Part shown: positions 9,749-20,890 of the stretch, in pieces
Layout: every line of letters begins with the position of its first letter
How positions within the stretch are numbered: the stretch's first letter is position 1
Source of the DNA: Nitrospirota bacterium
Lineage (GTDB): Bacteria > Nitrospirota > Thermodesulfovibrionia > Thermodesulfovibrionales > Dissulfurispiraceae
Length of the DNA: 64,000 nucleotides
Assembly: GCA_963790025.1 (NCBI GenBank)
Contig: CAWBMP010000005.1
Location: 480,001 to 544,000, forward strand
Direction: 5' to 3'
Program-made: the position numbers and the translations under genes
The notes under the pieces: generated by a model
Told to the model about the DNA's origin: nothing
What the model saw: the letters and a program-made list of their open reading frames with translations, nothing else
The model's database searches: none

Positions 9749-10693
9749 TTAGGCAACTTCAGCAGCGGTCATTTGACGCAAATTCGAGATGTCGCGCAAT
9801 GGGGAGTCGCCAAAAAAACGACTGTACTCGCGGCTGAATTGGGAAGGACTTTCATAGCCGACTTGAAATGCTGCCGTAGTTGCATCCAGACGTTCGGCGA
9901 GCATTAACCTCCGCGCTTCGTTCAAACGCAGCCATTTTTGGTACTGCAGCGGGCTCATGGCCGTCAACGCCCGGAAATGATGGTGGAAGGTCGACGTGCT
10001 CATATTGACTTGGGTTGCGAGGTCATCTATACGCAACGGCTGCGTGAAGTTACTCTTCAACCAATCAATTGCCCTCGCTATCTGATGACTCTGACTTCCA
10101 GCCGACGCCATCTGGCGCAAACGAAAACCTTGATCGCTTACAAGCAAACGGTAAAAAATTTCTCTTTTGATGAGCGGCGCAAGGATCGGGATATCGTTCG
10201 GTTCAGCAAGGAGGTCGATCAACCGTTGAAAGGCGGTAAGCAACGGCAACGTGACCTCGCCGGTAGCCATTCCTCGGCTTGACTGATGCGTACGCGGCAG
10301 GGGCAGATTGCTGTCTACCATCAACTGTGAAATTTCGCGTTGATCAAGTCTCAATATGAGCCCCAGGTAAGGCTTCTCCGGGCTAGCTTTGATAATCTGC
10401 ACAACCGTCGGCAGATCCACTGACGTGATCAGGAAGTGGTGCTCATCATACTCATACGATTCGTCCCCGAGCAGCACGCGTTTGGACCCTTGTGCGATCA
10501 CGCAAATGCGCGGTTCGTACATTATGGTCGTGGGCTCGGTCGGTTCGTTTCGCCAATAAAGCGACAAGCCCGGGATTGCCGTCACGCTCTGGTCGCCTTC
10601 ATCAGTCCATCGGGTAATCCCCTTGCCCAAAGTTTCAAGCGCAATTTCCAAATCATTATTCTCAAATACCTGTTTAACATCTTGTTTTGCCAT
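9749..10693 (-). CDS. AraC-family transcriptional regulator (YqhC-like)
   Basis: AraC_N-type N-terminus (YEPRICVIAQGSKRV); MSPLQYQKWLRLNEARRLM...VGYESPSQFSREYSRFFG. Confidence 0.93.
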   Translation of the reverse strand: MAKQDVKQVFENNDLEIALETLGKGITRWTDEGDQSVTAIPGLSLYWRNEPTEPTTIMYEPRICVIAQGSKRVLLGDESYEYDEHHFLITSVDLPTVVQIIKASPEKPYLGLILRLDQREISQLMVDSNLPLPRTHQSSRGMATGEVTLPLLTAFQRLIDLLAEPNDIPILAPLIKREIFYRLLVSDQGFRLRQMASAGSQSHQIARAIDWLKSNFTQPLRIDDLATQVNMSTSTFHHHFRALTAMSPLQYQKWLRLNEARRLMLAERLDATTAAFQVGYESPSQFSREYSRFFGDSPLRDISNLRQMTAAEVA

Positions 10694-10889
10694 ATTAATA
10701 CCCTCCTCCTCCTATATTAACAGACTTCACTCTGCTGTACAATATTTATCGCAGATTTCGTACGATTAGGCAAAAAATGAGCAGAAATGGTCTACCTGCC
10801 TTTGTTTTTTTAGAAGTACAATAAAATTATCGACAGGGCGGCAAATAGTTATTAAACTCTAAAAAGATAGTTCAGTCGTCAACAGGTGA

Positions 10890-13024
<2,135 letters not shown>

Positions 13025-13044
13025 TAACGAAAGGAGATAATACA

Positions 13045-13440
13045 ATGGAGATAAAACGAAGCGGCTCACAACCATCCGGCAAGGGGCCGGCAGAATATTT
13101 TACCGGAACAGTACGCGTTGACCCGCTGTTCAACGCGCCCGATCCCGCACGGGTCCTCGGCGCTCTGGTCACCTTCGAGCCCGGCGCCCGCACGGCGTGG
13201 CACACCCACCCTCTGGGTCAGACCCTGATCGTGACGGCGGGCTGCGGCCTCGTACAACGCTGGGGTGATCCGATCGAGGAAATCAGGCCCGGTGACGTGG
13301 TCTGGATCGCACCTGGCGAAAAGCATTGGCATGGGGCCGCGGCTACCACGGCAATGACGCATATCGCGATCGTGGAACAGGTAGACGGCAAGAGTGCCGA
13401 GTGGATGGAACATGTCAACGACGAACAATACCGCAGGTGA
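13045..13440 (+). CDS. Cupin domain protein
   Basis: [20 protein letters not shown]...GEKHWHGA. Confidence 0.92.
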   Translation: MEIKRSGSQPSGKGPAEYFTGTVRVDPLFNAPDPARVLGALVTFEPGARTAWHTHPLGQTLIVTAGCGLVQRWGDPIEEIRPGDVVWIAPGEKHWHGAAATTAMTHIAIVEQVDGKSAEWMEHVNDEQYRR

Positions 13441-13487
13441 TCGATATGGTAGCGCTCAAAAAAAATGATACGAAGAGGATGAAGCAT

Positions 13488-14027
13488 ATGGCAAAAAAAG
13501 TATTGGTACTGTCTGCAAGCCCAAGAAAAGGAGGAAATTCTGATCTGTTGTGTGATCAGTTCGTGCTTGGGGCTAAAGAAGCAGGCAATCAGGCGGTAAA
13601 GATATTTTTAAGGGACAAAAGGATCAATTATTGTATTGGCTGTGGTGTCTGTCAAAGTAATGGAGGCAAGTGTGTTCAGAAGGATGATATGGCTGAAGTC
13701 CTCGATAAAATGATTGCTGCCGATGTGATCGTGATGGCTACCCCTGTATACTTTTATACGATGAACGCACAGATGAAGACACTGATTGACAGAACCTGTG
13801 CTCGTTATACCGAAATCAGAAATAAGGATTTCTATTTCATTGTAGCAGCGGCCGACAGCAGCAAGCGAGCAATGGAGAGGACTTTGGAAGGATTCAGGGC
13901 ATTCACATCGTGTTTGAGCAGAGCGAAAGAAAAGGGCATTATCTATGGAACCGGTGCCTGGAAGATTGGAGATATCAAAAAAAGTGATGCTATGAATAAA
14001 GCTTTTGAAATGGGTAAAACAGTATAA
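13488..14027 (+). CDS. Flavodoxin family / iron-sulfur flavoprotein (FMN_red)
   Basis: SPRKGGNS, CIGCGVC..C, ATPVYF; start reassigned to 13488. Confidence 0.9.
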   Translation: MAKKVLVLSASPRKGGNSDLLCDQFVLGAKEAGNQAVKIFLRDKRINYCIGCGVCQSNGGKCVQKDDMAEVLDKMIAADVIVMATPVYFYTMNAQMKTLIDRTCARYTEIRNKDFYFIVAAADSSKRAMERTLEGFRAFTSCLSRAKEKGIIYGTGAWKIGDIKKSDAMNKAFEMGKTV

Positions 14028-14052
14028 ACTGAAGGACTAAAGGGGTTTAAAC

Positions 14053-14799
14053 ATGAGTATAAGTGAAACAGCAAACAAAAACCATGAGGAACTGTTCCCA
14101 AATCATAAATCAACATTAAAAATAACAGATCCGGAACTGATAGAAGTATTTGACAATTTTGCTTTTGACGAAGTGCTGGGGTATGGAAACTTAGATGCGA
14201 GAACAAGGTTAATGGTCATCTTGGGTTCAATGATTGCAAGCCAGGCTTTAGGCGAATATAAAGTGATGCTCGGTGGCGCCCTTAATGTAGGTGTAACTCC
14301 GATTGAAGTGAAAGAAATTGTATATCAGGCTGTGCCTTATGTTGGAATGGCAAAAGTATTTGATTTTATCCATGCCACAAATGAAATATTGGAAAGCAGG
14401 GGAATAAAGCTGCCATTAGAAGGACAATCTGCCACTTCACCGGAAACACGATTCGAAAAAGGATTAGAATTACAAAAATCAATTTTTGGAGAAATGATTG
14501 ATAAAATGTATAAGGAATCACCGGCCAATCAGTTTCATATTCAAAAATATTTATCGGCTAATTGTTTTGGTGATTATCTGACAAGAAAAGGATTAGACAT
14601 AAGAACACGAGAGCTCTTAACGTTTTCCATGATTTTATCTTTGGGTGGATGTGAGCCACAGTTAAAAGGGCATATACAAGGCAATTTAAATGTTGGAAAT
14701 GATAAAGAAGTATTACTTAGTACTGTTACTCAATTATTACCTTATGTGGGATATCCAAGAACATTAAATGCAATAAGATGTATAAATGAAATAGGGTGA
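14053..14799 (+). CDS. Carboxymuconolactone decarboxylase (CMD/AhpD) family protein, two domains
   Basis: LDARTR...PYVG and LDIRTREL...LLPYVGYPRTLNA repeats. Confidence 0.88.
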   Translation: MSISETANKNHEELFPNHKSTLKITDPELIEVFDNFAFDEVLGYGNLDARTRLMVILGSMIASQALGEYKVMLGGALNVGVTPIEVKEIVYQAVPYVGMAKVFDFIHATNEILESRGIKLPLEGQSATSPETRFEKGLELQKSIFGEMIDKMYKESPANQFHIQKYLSANCFGDYLTRKGLDIRTRELLTFSMILSLGGCEPQLKGHIQGNLNVGNDKEVLLSTVTQLLPYVGYPRTLNAIRCINEIG

Positions 14800-14850
14800 C
14801 ATAATGCTTTGCACGAGAATACTCGTGCGAAGCAGATAAAAGGAAACAAT

Positions 14851-15420
14851 GGGGTCAGGCTTGCATACGTGCATTTAAGAGTGCTATATTTTGGCATAAT
14901 GGCAAGGCCGCCACGCATAGAATATCCCGGAGCATTTTATCATGTAATAGTCCGTGGCAATCGGAAGCAGGACATTTTTTTAGATGAACAAGATAGGCTT
15001 GAGTATCTTGAGCGCATAAAACGTTATAAAGAAAAATGCGGATTTATTTTTTATGCATACATCCTTAGATAGTAGGAGGGGATAAGTTTTTAGAAATAAT
15101 AGAAGATAAAATTGATGAATTGGACAGGCCGATAAGAAAGCTTACCTTGAAAAAGGCCATAAAGGCAGTCGAGGAAGTGACGGGCGTACTTTGGGATGAG
15201 ATACGCTCCCGAAGCAGGAGCAAGGAAGTAATATTTGCGCGAGGATTATTAGTTGGGGTATGGAGAGAGGCGGGGCATCGGATGGTGAACATACAGCCCC
15301 AACTGAGGAGGGACTTATCAGTGCTTTCAAGATTGTCAAAAATCGCAGAGAGTGAAAGAGGACGAAAAGCCATGAAACAAATATTTCACATGCTAAATGC
15401 ATGAACGCAAGCCTGACCCC
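14851..15420 (+). mobile_element. Internally deleted Y1/RAYT-like tyrosine transposase element bounded by 27-bp inverted repeats
   Basis: GGGGTCAGGCTTGCATACGTGCATTTA (14851-14877) versus TAAATGCATGAACGCAAGCCTGACCCC (15394-15420); MARPPRIEYPGAFYHVIVRGN from 14899 joined out of frame to a C-terminal VGGDKFLE...HTH segment; HUH motif absent. Confidence 0.82.
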
Positions 15421-15441
15421 AGCAATCTTAGGGCGCATGTA

Positions 15442-16347
15442 ATGGAAGAAAATAAAATAGAAATTGATAGAGATCTTTGTGACGGCTGCGGGTTATGCGT
15501 AACCGTTTGCCCGACAGGGACCATATACCTCAAAGAAGGAAAGGCGGCTGTCTCAAGTGAGGAGTCGATCTCTTGCGGACATTGCGAGGCAGTATGTCCC
15601 CAAGAGGCGATCCGTGTCATTGCAATTGATGAAGAGATGTCAAGATATAAAACTTTCACTATGGAGAAGCAGTGGCTTCCTCCCGGCAAATACAACACAT
15701 CTGCTTTGGTTCAGCTTATGGCCTCCCGCCGATCCTGCCGTTGCTTTACCAAACAGCCTGTAGACAGGGCGATACTTGAGGACCTCGTAAAGATAGGAAT
15801 CACTGCCCCGTCTGGAACCAACAGTCAGTCCTGGACTTTCACCATCCTGCCAACGAGAAAGGCGGTAACCTCATTTTCGGAACACATCGCGTCCTTCTTT
15901 GGCCGGTTAAACACTACTGCAGAGAAGACCATACTTCGTCTGTTCCTCAAGTTGATAGGAAAAGGAGAACTCGATGCCTATTACCGCGGTTATTACGGGA
16001 AAGTTAAGGAGACGCTTAAAGAATGGCGCGAATCAGGCAAAGACCGTCTCTTTCACGGCAGCATGGCTGCCATTCTTGTCGGATCTAAACCGGGAGCAAG
16101 CTGTCCGGTTGAGGACGCCTTGCTCGCAACACAGAATATCCTACTTGCGGCACACAGCATCGGACTCGGCTCCTGCCTGATCGGATATGCCGTTGCAGCA
16201 ATGAAGAAAGATGCTTCTATCCAGCAGTCTATAGGAATTCCGACAGAAGAGAAAATTCATGCAGTTATTGCCCTTGGTTATCCGGATGAAGTCTATCAGC
16301 GTGTTACCGGGCGCAAAAAAGTAACACCGCGATATTTCGAGGGATAA
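15442..16347 (+). CDS. Nitroreductase family protein with N-terminal 2x[4Fe-4S] ferredoxin domain
   Basis: CDGCGLCVTVCP, CGHCEAVCP, RRSCR, APSGTNSQ, LAAHSIGLGSC. Confidence 0.92.
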   Translation: MEENKIEIDRDLCDGCGLCVTVCPTGTIYLKEGKAAVSSEESISCGHCEAVCPQEAIRVIAIDEEMSRYKTFTMEKQWLPPGKYNTSALVQLMASRRSCRCFTKQPVDRAILEDLVKIGITAPSGTNSQSWTFTILPTRKAVTSFSEHIASFFGRLNTTAEKTILRLFLKLIGKGELDAYYRGYYGKVKETLKEWRESGKDRLFHGSMAAILVGSKPGASCPVEDALLATQNILLAAHSIGLGSCLIGYAVAAMKKDASIQQSIGIPTEEKIHAVIALGYPDEVYQRVTGRKKVTPRYFEG

Positions 16348-16657
16348 CAACTGAACAAAGAGTTTGCATCTTAGGCGGTATGCTGCACCTGATACTACTC
16401 ACCAGAGACATTTACCAAATGATGTTGATTTTCGGAAGGAACATGTATCCGCAGTCGCTTATCTTTGACAGGACATAAAACCTGTCTAAAAAAAATCTTG
16501 CATTTCGAGACTGAAATAGCCAATATTTAAAGCACTTGGCCTATGCGATTTTGCTGTCTCTAAAACAGATGTGTGTGTCTCCTGAACAAACAGCCTTTTT
16601 ATGTGCTAAGATTTCCATAGGCTAACAAAAAATGAAAAGGAGAAAAATGGAGGGAAA

Positions 16658-17008
16658 ATGAAAAAAGTTTTTGCAATTGTCATGCTGGTAACAATTACAC
16701 TTAGTATAAATTCATGTGCAACTACTTCAAAATATACCGCAAAACTTAATACTTGGATTGGACACGATGTTAATGAACTGATCACTTCTTGGGGGCCTCC
16801 AAGTAATGAATACACTATGCCAAACGGTAACAAAATGTACACTTGGTTACATGTCGGTGGCACTTTAGTAGTATCAAATTATAACTATTTTTTGAGAATG
16901 ACACTAACAAATGCGGTAACATATTGGTGTAAGACAACATTCAATGTCGACGAATCTGGAATAATTACCGGAGGGAGATGGGAAGGGAATTCTTGTCGGT
17001 CTAATTGA
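16658..17008 (+). CDS. Hypothetical lipoprotein
   Basis: GGAGG RBS, signal peptide ending INSC, WGPP motif. Confidence 0.65.
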   Translation: MKKVFAIVMLVTITLSINSCATTSKYTAKLNTWIGHDVNELITSWGPPSNEYTMPNGNKMYTWLHVGGTLVVSNYNYFLRMTLTNAVTYWCKTTFNVDESGIITGGRWEGNSCRSN

Positions 17009-17032
17009 ACAAACAGTATACAAGGGGACAAC

Positions 17033-17305
17033 ATGCCACGGTCAACGCCTGCTCAAATGTTTGAGACTAACGCCCGGAAATTAGTGAAGGAAATTTGGGA
17101 AAATGAACTAAACCGGGACAAAAGCGAATTGGCTATATCTTGGGGCCCGCAGTTCATGACGATAGAGAGAGAACAAATCAATTCCGCCGTTAAAATTCAT
17201 AGAAGTTCGTTTGATACATATTTTAATGCTGACAACAAAGATTTTAAAAGGCAATATCGGGAAGCATTAAAACCAGGCTGGAACAATTGTTATGAAACGC
17301 GGTAA
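17033..17305 (+). CDS. Hypothetical protein
   Basis: 90 aa, AAGGGGA RBS, overlaps the next ORF. Confidence 0.5.
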   Translation: MPRSTPAQMFETNARKLVKEIWENELNRDKSELAISWGPQFMTIEREQINSAVKIHRSSFDTYFNADNKDFKRQYREALKPGWNNCYETR

Positions 17306-17729
17306 ACAACAGACATCTTCCGCTGCTGTGCTGGCTACCGGAGCCGAGCTTTCCCGAAGGGGTTACGATGTCACTTTCACGCTCGGTAACACTCCTAAAG
17401 TGGACATGATATGTTCGCTCCCTGATGGTCTACCCTTCAAGATTCAGGTGAAGGGAATCTCTGGCGAGTATGATTTTTACATCAATAAATCCTTTTTTGA
17501 TGGGGATGCTCAGAAATATCTTTATTTAGTGGTTGTTGTCATTTCAGTTGACGACAACTCACCATTTAGCTTCTATATACTTTCCCATGAAGAAGCACAG
17601 AACGAATTCAACAAACTGCCTATAACTAAAAAGGATGGTAGCCCTATTACGCAGTTCGGACTCGGTTGGACTTCGGTTAAACGATATAAGAACAAATGGG
17701 ATACATTCCCTCATAGTTCCGTAGCATAA
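17292..17729 (+). CDS. Putative PD-(D/E)xK restriction-endonuclease-fold protein
   Basis: ELSRRGYDV...PKVDMIC...KIQVKG pattern. Confidence 0.6.
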   Translation: MKRGKQQTSSAAVLATGAELSRRGYDVTFTLGNTPKVDMICSLPDGLPFKIQVKGISGEYDFYINKSFFDGDAQKYLYLVVVVISVDDNSPFSFYILSHEEAQNEFNKLPITKKDGSPITQFGLGWTSVKRYKNKWDTFPHSSVA

Positions 17730-17764
17730 GAAAGCCCCTCCTCACGGGGCAGGTCCCACCGTCT

Positions 17765-17986
17765 TTAACTTTTATGCGGTTCAACAACATACGGTTCGAG
17801 CCATGCTCTGACCGCTTGGTATTTATCACCGCTATATTTGAATTGTAATAATTCCGGGTGTTCCTTTTCTATCTCGCCATAGAACGCTAAAATATCAAGC
17901 AATGTGAGCCTATTTCTATCTCGCTGAGACCACAATAGTCTTATTTCTCGTTTTGCATCTGCTTCTTTTATCTTACCTGTGCCCAT
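17765..17986 (-). CDS. Hypothetical protein
   Basis: 73 aa, AAGGAGG RBS. Confidence 0.6.
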   Translation of the reverse strand: MGTGKIKEADAKREIRLLWSQRDRNRLTLLDILAFYGEIEKEHPELLQFKYSGDKYQAVRAWLEPYVVEPHKS

Positions 17987-18187
17987 GCGGTTGCCTCCTT
18001 GTTTGTGCCATCTTCTAATAAATTATAGTAGCATATTAACGGTGAGTGGTCGCCTGACGCATAGGGTCGTTAGTGCGTCGAACGATGACTGGGTGGTTCC
18101 ATGTACCGAAGTCATGTCGTTGACCTGATCGACCCTTTTGTTGTATTTTTGGAGCAATGTATGAAGATGAATTGGTAAAAATCCTAA

Positions 18188-18799
18188 ATGGAGGAATCTT
18201 TCATGCGTAGCCTGAAAAAGGCATGTTCCTTCATACTATCTGTAGTTGCATTAATTGTCTCTCTTGTTACCTTCGGCTTGAGTTACTATGACTCTCAGTT
18301 GAAAAACAGGCCTTATATCCATGTTGATTTTATGCAGCCATCAACTTGGCGATACACCGCCGCAGGAGATAGAAAAATGGGAGTGTTAATTGAAATCTCA
18401 AATGCAGGTTCTATACCGGCATCAAATATTAACTTTCAATGGTTTATCAGAACAGATAAAGATTCTGTGATTACAGCACCTGACAAATTTTTTAACGATT
18501 CATTTGGTTCCAGCCCATTTCCAACAACATTAGCCGCTGGGCAAAAAATTGTGTTACCAATCTATAACCCCGACATATCACCAACAGCAACAAAAATATA
18601 CTTAAATGTCGTTGTCACATATGAAGGGACAACTAAAAACTATTTTTTGTTCGGTAATTACAGAAAATATTGGAATGTAGCTCGAAAACATTTTGTCTTG
18701 TTAGATGACAAAGCAAGTTTGCTAATTAGAAATTTCTCAGAATGGGATAGAAACAATAGCAACGCACCTCCTACTGCAAAGGTACAACTGGAAAATTAA
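18188..18799 (+). CDS. Hypothetical protein with N-terminal membrane anchor (start may be 18203)
   Basis: 203 aa AT-rich ORF; hydrophobic N-terminal helix followed by NRPYI; GGAGG before ATG 18203. Confidence 0.65.
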   Translation: MEESFMRSLKKACSFILSVVALIVSLVTFGLSYYDSQLKNRPYIHVDFMQPSTWRYTAAGDRKMGVLIEISNAGSIPASNINFQWFIRTDKDSVITAPDKFFNDSFGSSPFPTTLAAGQKIVLPIYNPDISPTATKIYLNVVVTYEGTTKNYFLFGNYRKYWNVARKHFVLLDDKASLLIRNFSEWDRNNSNAPPTAKVQLEN

Positions 18800-19016
18800 C
18801 AACAAATAGCTGTCTCTTAATCAGGCTATTCGCACATCAAGCAGAACTTCACTTACGTCTATCCAAGGTATTTTCCCGATCGGCTTGGGGTTTCCGGTTG
18901 CAACAAGTGGGACAACAAACGGCAGTTCCCCGCAAGCTATTCGTATCCTGCAAAGCAACGGCATGTTTCGCGTACATAATTATGCGACCAGCCATGGCAC
19001 TTGCGTAGGAGAAATA

Positions 19017-19421
19017 GGGACACATCCCATTTTTCATAACGCTTCCCTTCGTGGCCTTCCTCTCGGCCGCTGTAAGAGCCTTCGTTCAAGCTTTCCTTCC
19101 ATTTCAACAACAAATCCCTCATTGCCAAAGGGTCTTCCCGTCTTTGTCGCGTACCGCACGCGCTCAATTTCTCTCTGGGGTATGTCCGAGTGCAGCAGAA
19201 GTATATAGTCCGCATGCTGCTCTTTACTGAACAGCTCTGCTCCCAATACAACATCATCGCTTCCACTGACATGAGCGCGGGCACTCGAATAGAGATAGTC
19301 TTCAGCGTTCTCTACCATCCCGGCGCGCACCGGATTTTGCTCGATGTACCTTGCAACTGCCCACAAATACTTCTCCTGATCCACAATGTAAAAATAAAAA
19401 TAATGGGGACACATCCCATTT
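19017..19421 (-). mobile_element. 5'-truncated REP-associated tyrosine transposase (RAYT) fragment between two 16-bp direct repeats
   Basis: ARYIEQNPVRAGMV..AEDYLYSS...GRPFGNEGF...RPRGRPR; GGGACACATCCCATTT at 19017-19032 and 19406-19421. Confidence 0.82.
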
Positions 19422-19642
19422 ATTTCACTGTAGACGCTCTCATTCCCAATAAGGCACCGGACTAGCATAGAACGACGGCATATTTATTCTAATGATTATG
19501 CTTTGTACTCTGCAGGATTATCCGCATGTTCATAGGCGTTTATTTCTGTGAGACATCGTACATCTAAGACAATAATTAATATTTTGGGAACAGACATCCT
19601 CTGCCGTTCAAAAAAGGGTCACTGTCGGCAACGAAACACAGA

Positions 19643-20498
19643 TTATTCGCCCACTTCGGAAGGCACAGATTTTCCCGACAGCCAGTCAGTAATCGCGTTG
19701 ACAGCCTTATCCTCGACGCCAATATAACCGTGATGCGACATTGGGCCGCACGGATCTGTCATTCCCGAGGATTTTCCGGAGACTTTGGGACCGTCTTCGG
19801 GCGATGAGCCGCCGAGGACCTCGACGAAATCGACTTTAGGGCTGCCTTTCAATCGTCTTACGAGAGAAAAGGCTTCCCCTAATGGTGTTGACGAACACCC
19901 GTCGTTGTAATGATGCATCAAAAGCACGGGTATCGATATCTTTTCCAGAGGTAACCCTCCGATAAACTGAGATACCCATTGTCGATGTCAGGACAACGCC
20001 TTTTAGCGCCTCATCTTTCAGAACCGTGGCAAGATACGCCACAGAAATAGTCCCTCTGCTAGTCCCAACAAGAAAGAAGGAATCAAGCTTCTTTTCCTTT
20101 AAAGATTCGATAATCTTTCTGATGTCTTGGGCATGTTCTGACGATTCTCGGAAATTATCTGACATGCCATCTTCATGGTCAGAAGGCACATCTACGATCG
20201 CAACGATGAATCCTTTTTTGACGAATACCGGAGATGTTCTGACCAGAAAGTTTGCGCCGAGAGTAATATGTCCGTTATGAACTGAAAATTGTCCTTTTCC
20301 ATAACTCCCCGGGAAAATGAGAAGGGTCCCTTTCGGTGCTGTTTCGGGAGTTTGAATCATAACCCTGACAGTCACGCCAGGCCTGGTTTCAATTTTTTGA
20401 ATGCTCTGTTCAGCCTCAGCCGGATCTTTTAGTAGAAATGTGATAGTGACGGCAATGGCCAGAAGTAACAGATACCCTACGATCGATTTGCTTTTCAT
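19643..20498 (-). pseudogene. Secreted alpha/beta hydrolase, frameshifted near 19960-19975
   Basis: GTSRG nucleophile motif in ORF 19836-20498; continuation LPLEKISIPVLLMHHYNDGC...SHHGYIG lies in another frame ending at 19643. Confidence 0.8.
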
Positions 20499-20676
20499 TG
20501 TACGTTACATTATCTCTTAGAATATCTATATTAGGCAACGGGAAATATCAAGGGTCAGGCATACATCTGACAGATTCAATACTTGCATTCGTAAAGATTT
20601 CCGATCGAAACATACAGCCTCTGACAGCATGATAGCTATGCGGGTTACTGTGAGTAAGCGTGATACAAAAACCTTG

Positions 20677-20823
20677 CTATTCCATCGGTGATATATTTAT
20701 TTCAGAGTCGAATTTCCGAGAATTCACCGTAATCGACACATTATACATTTCCATCTCTTCCGAGGGAGAGGGTCTTAAGATATCCTTCGATGCAGTGTGG
20801 TCCGTAAATGCAGGATCAAGGAG
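20677..20823 (-). pseudogene. C-terminal remnant of an SOS response-associated peptidase (SRAP/YedK-like)
   Basis: LLDPAFTDHTASKDILRPSPSEEMEMYNVSITVNSRKFDSEINISPME* resembles the SRAP tail (WLDP...LRP.P.EEM..Y.VS..VNS...D). Confidence 0.6.
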
Positions 20824-20890
20824 GGGAAATTGCAGCTTATGCGCGAACCCATAACTGCGGGGTCCTGCAGGTCAACCTCAAGGCACCGAA

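Noticed and set aside
16350..18850. Integron cassette array explanation for the orphan ORFs
   Set aside because: No convincing RYYYAAC...GTTRRRY attC pairs of proper length, mixed gene orientation and no integrase; an IntegronFinder run would settle it
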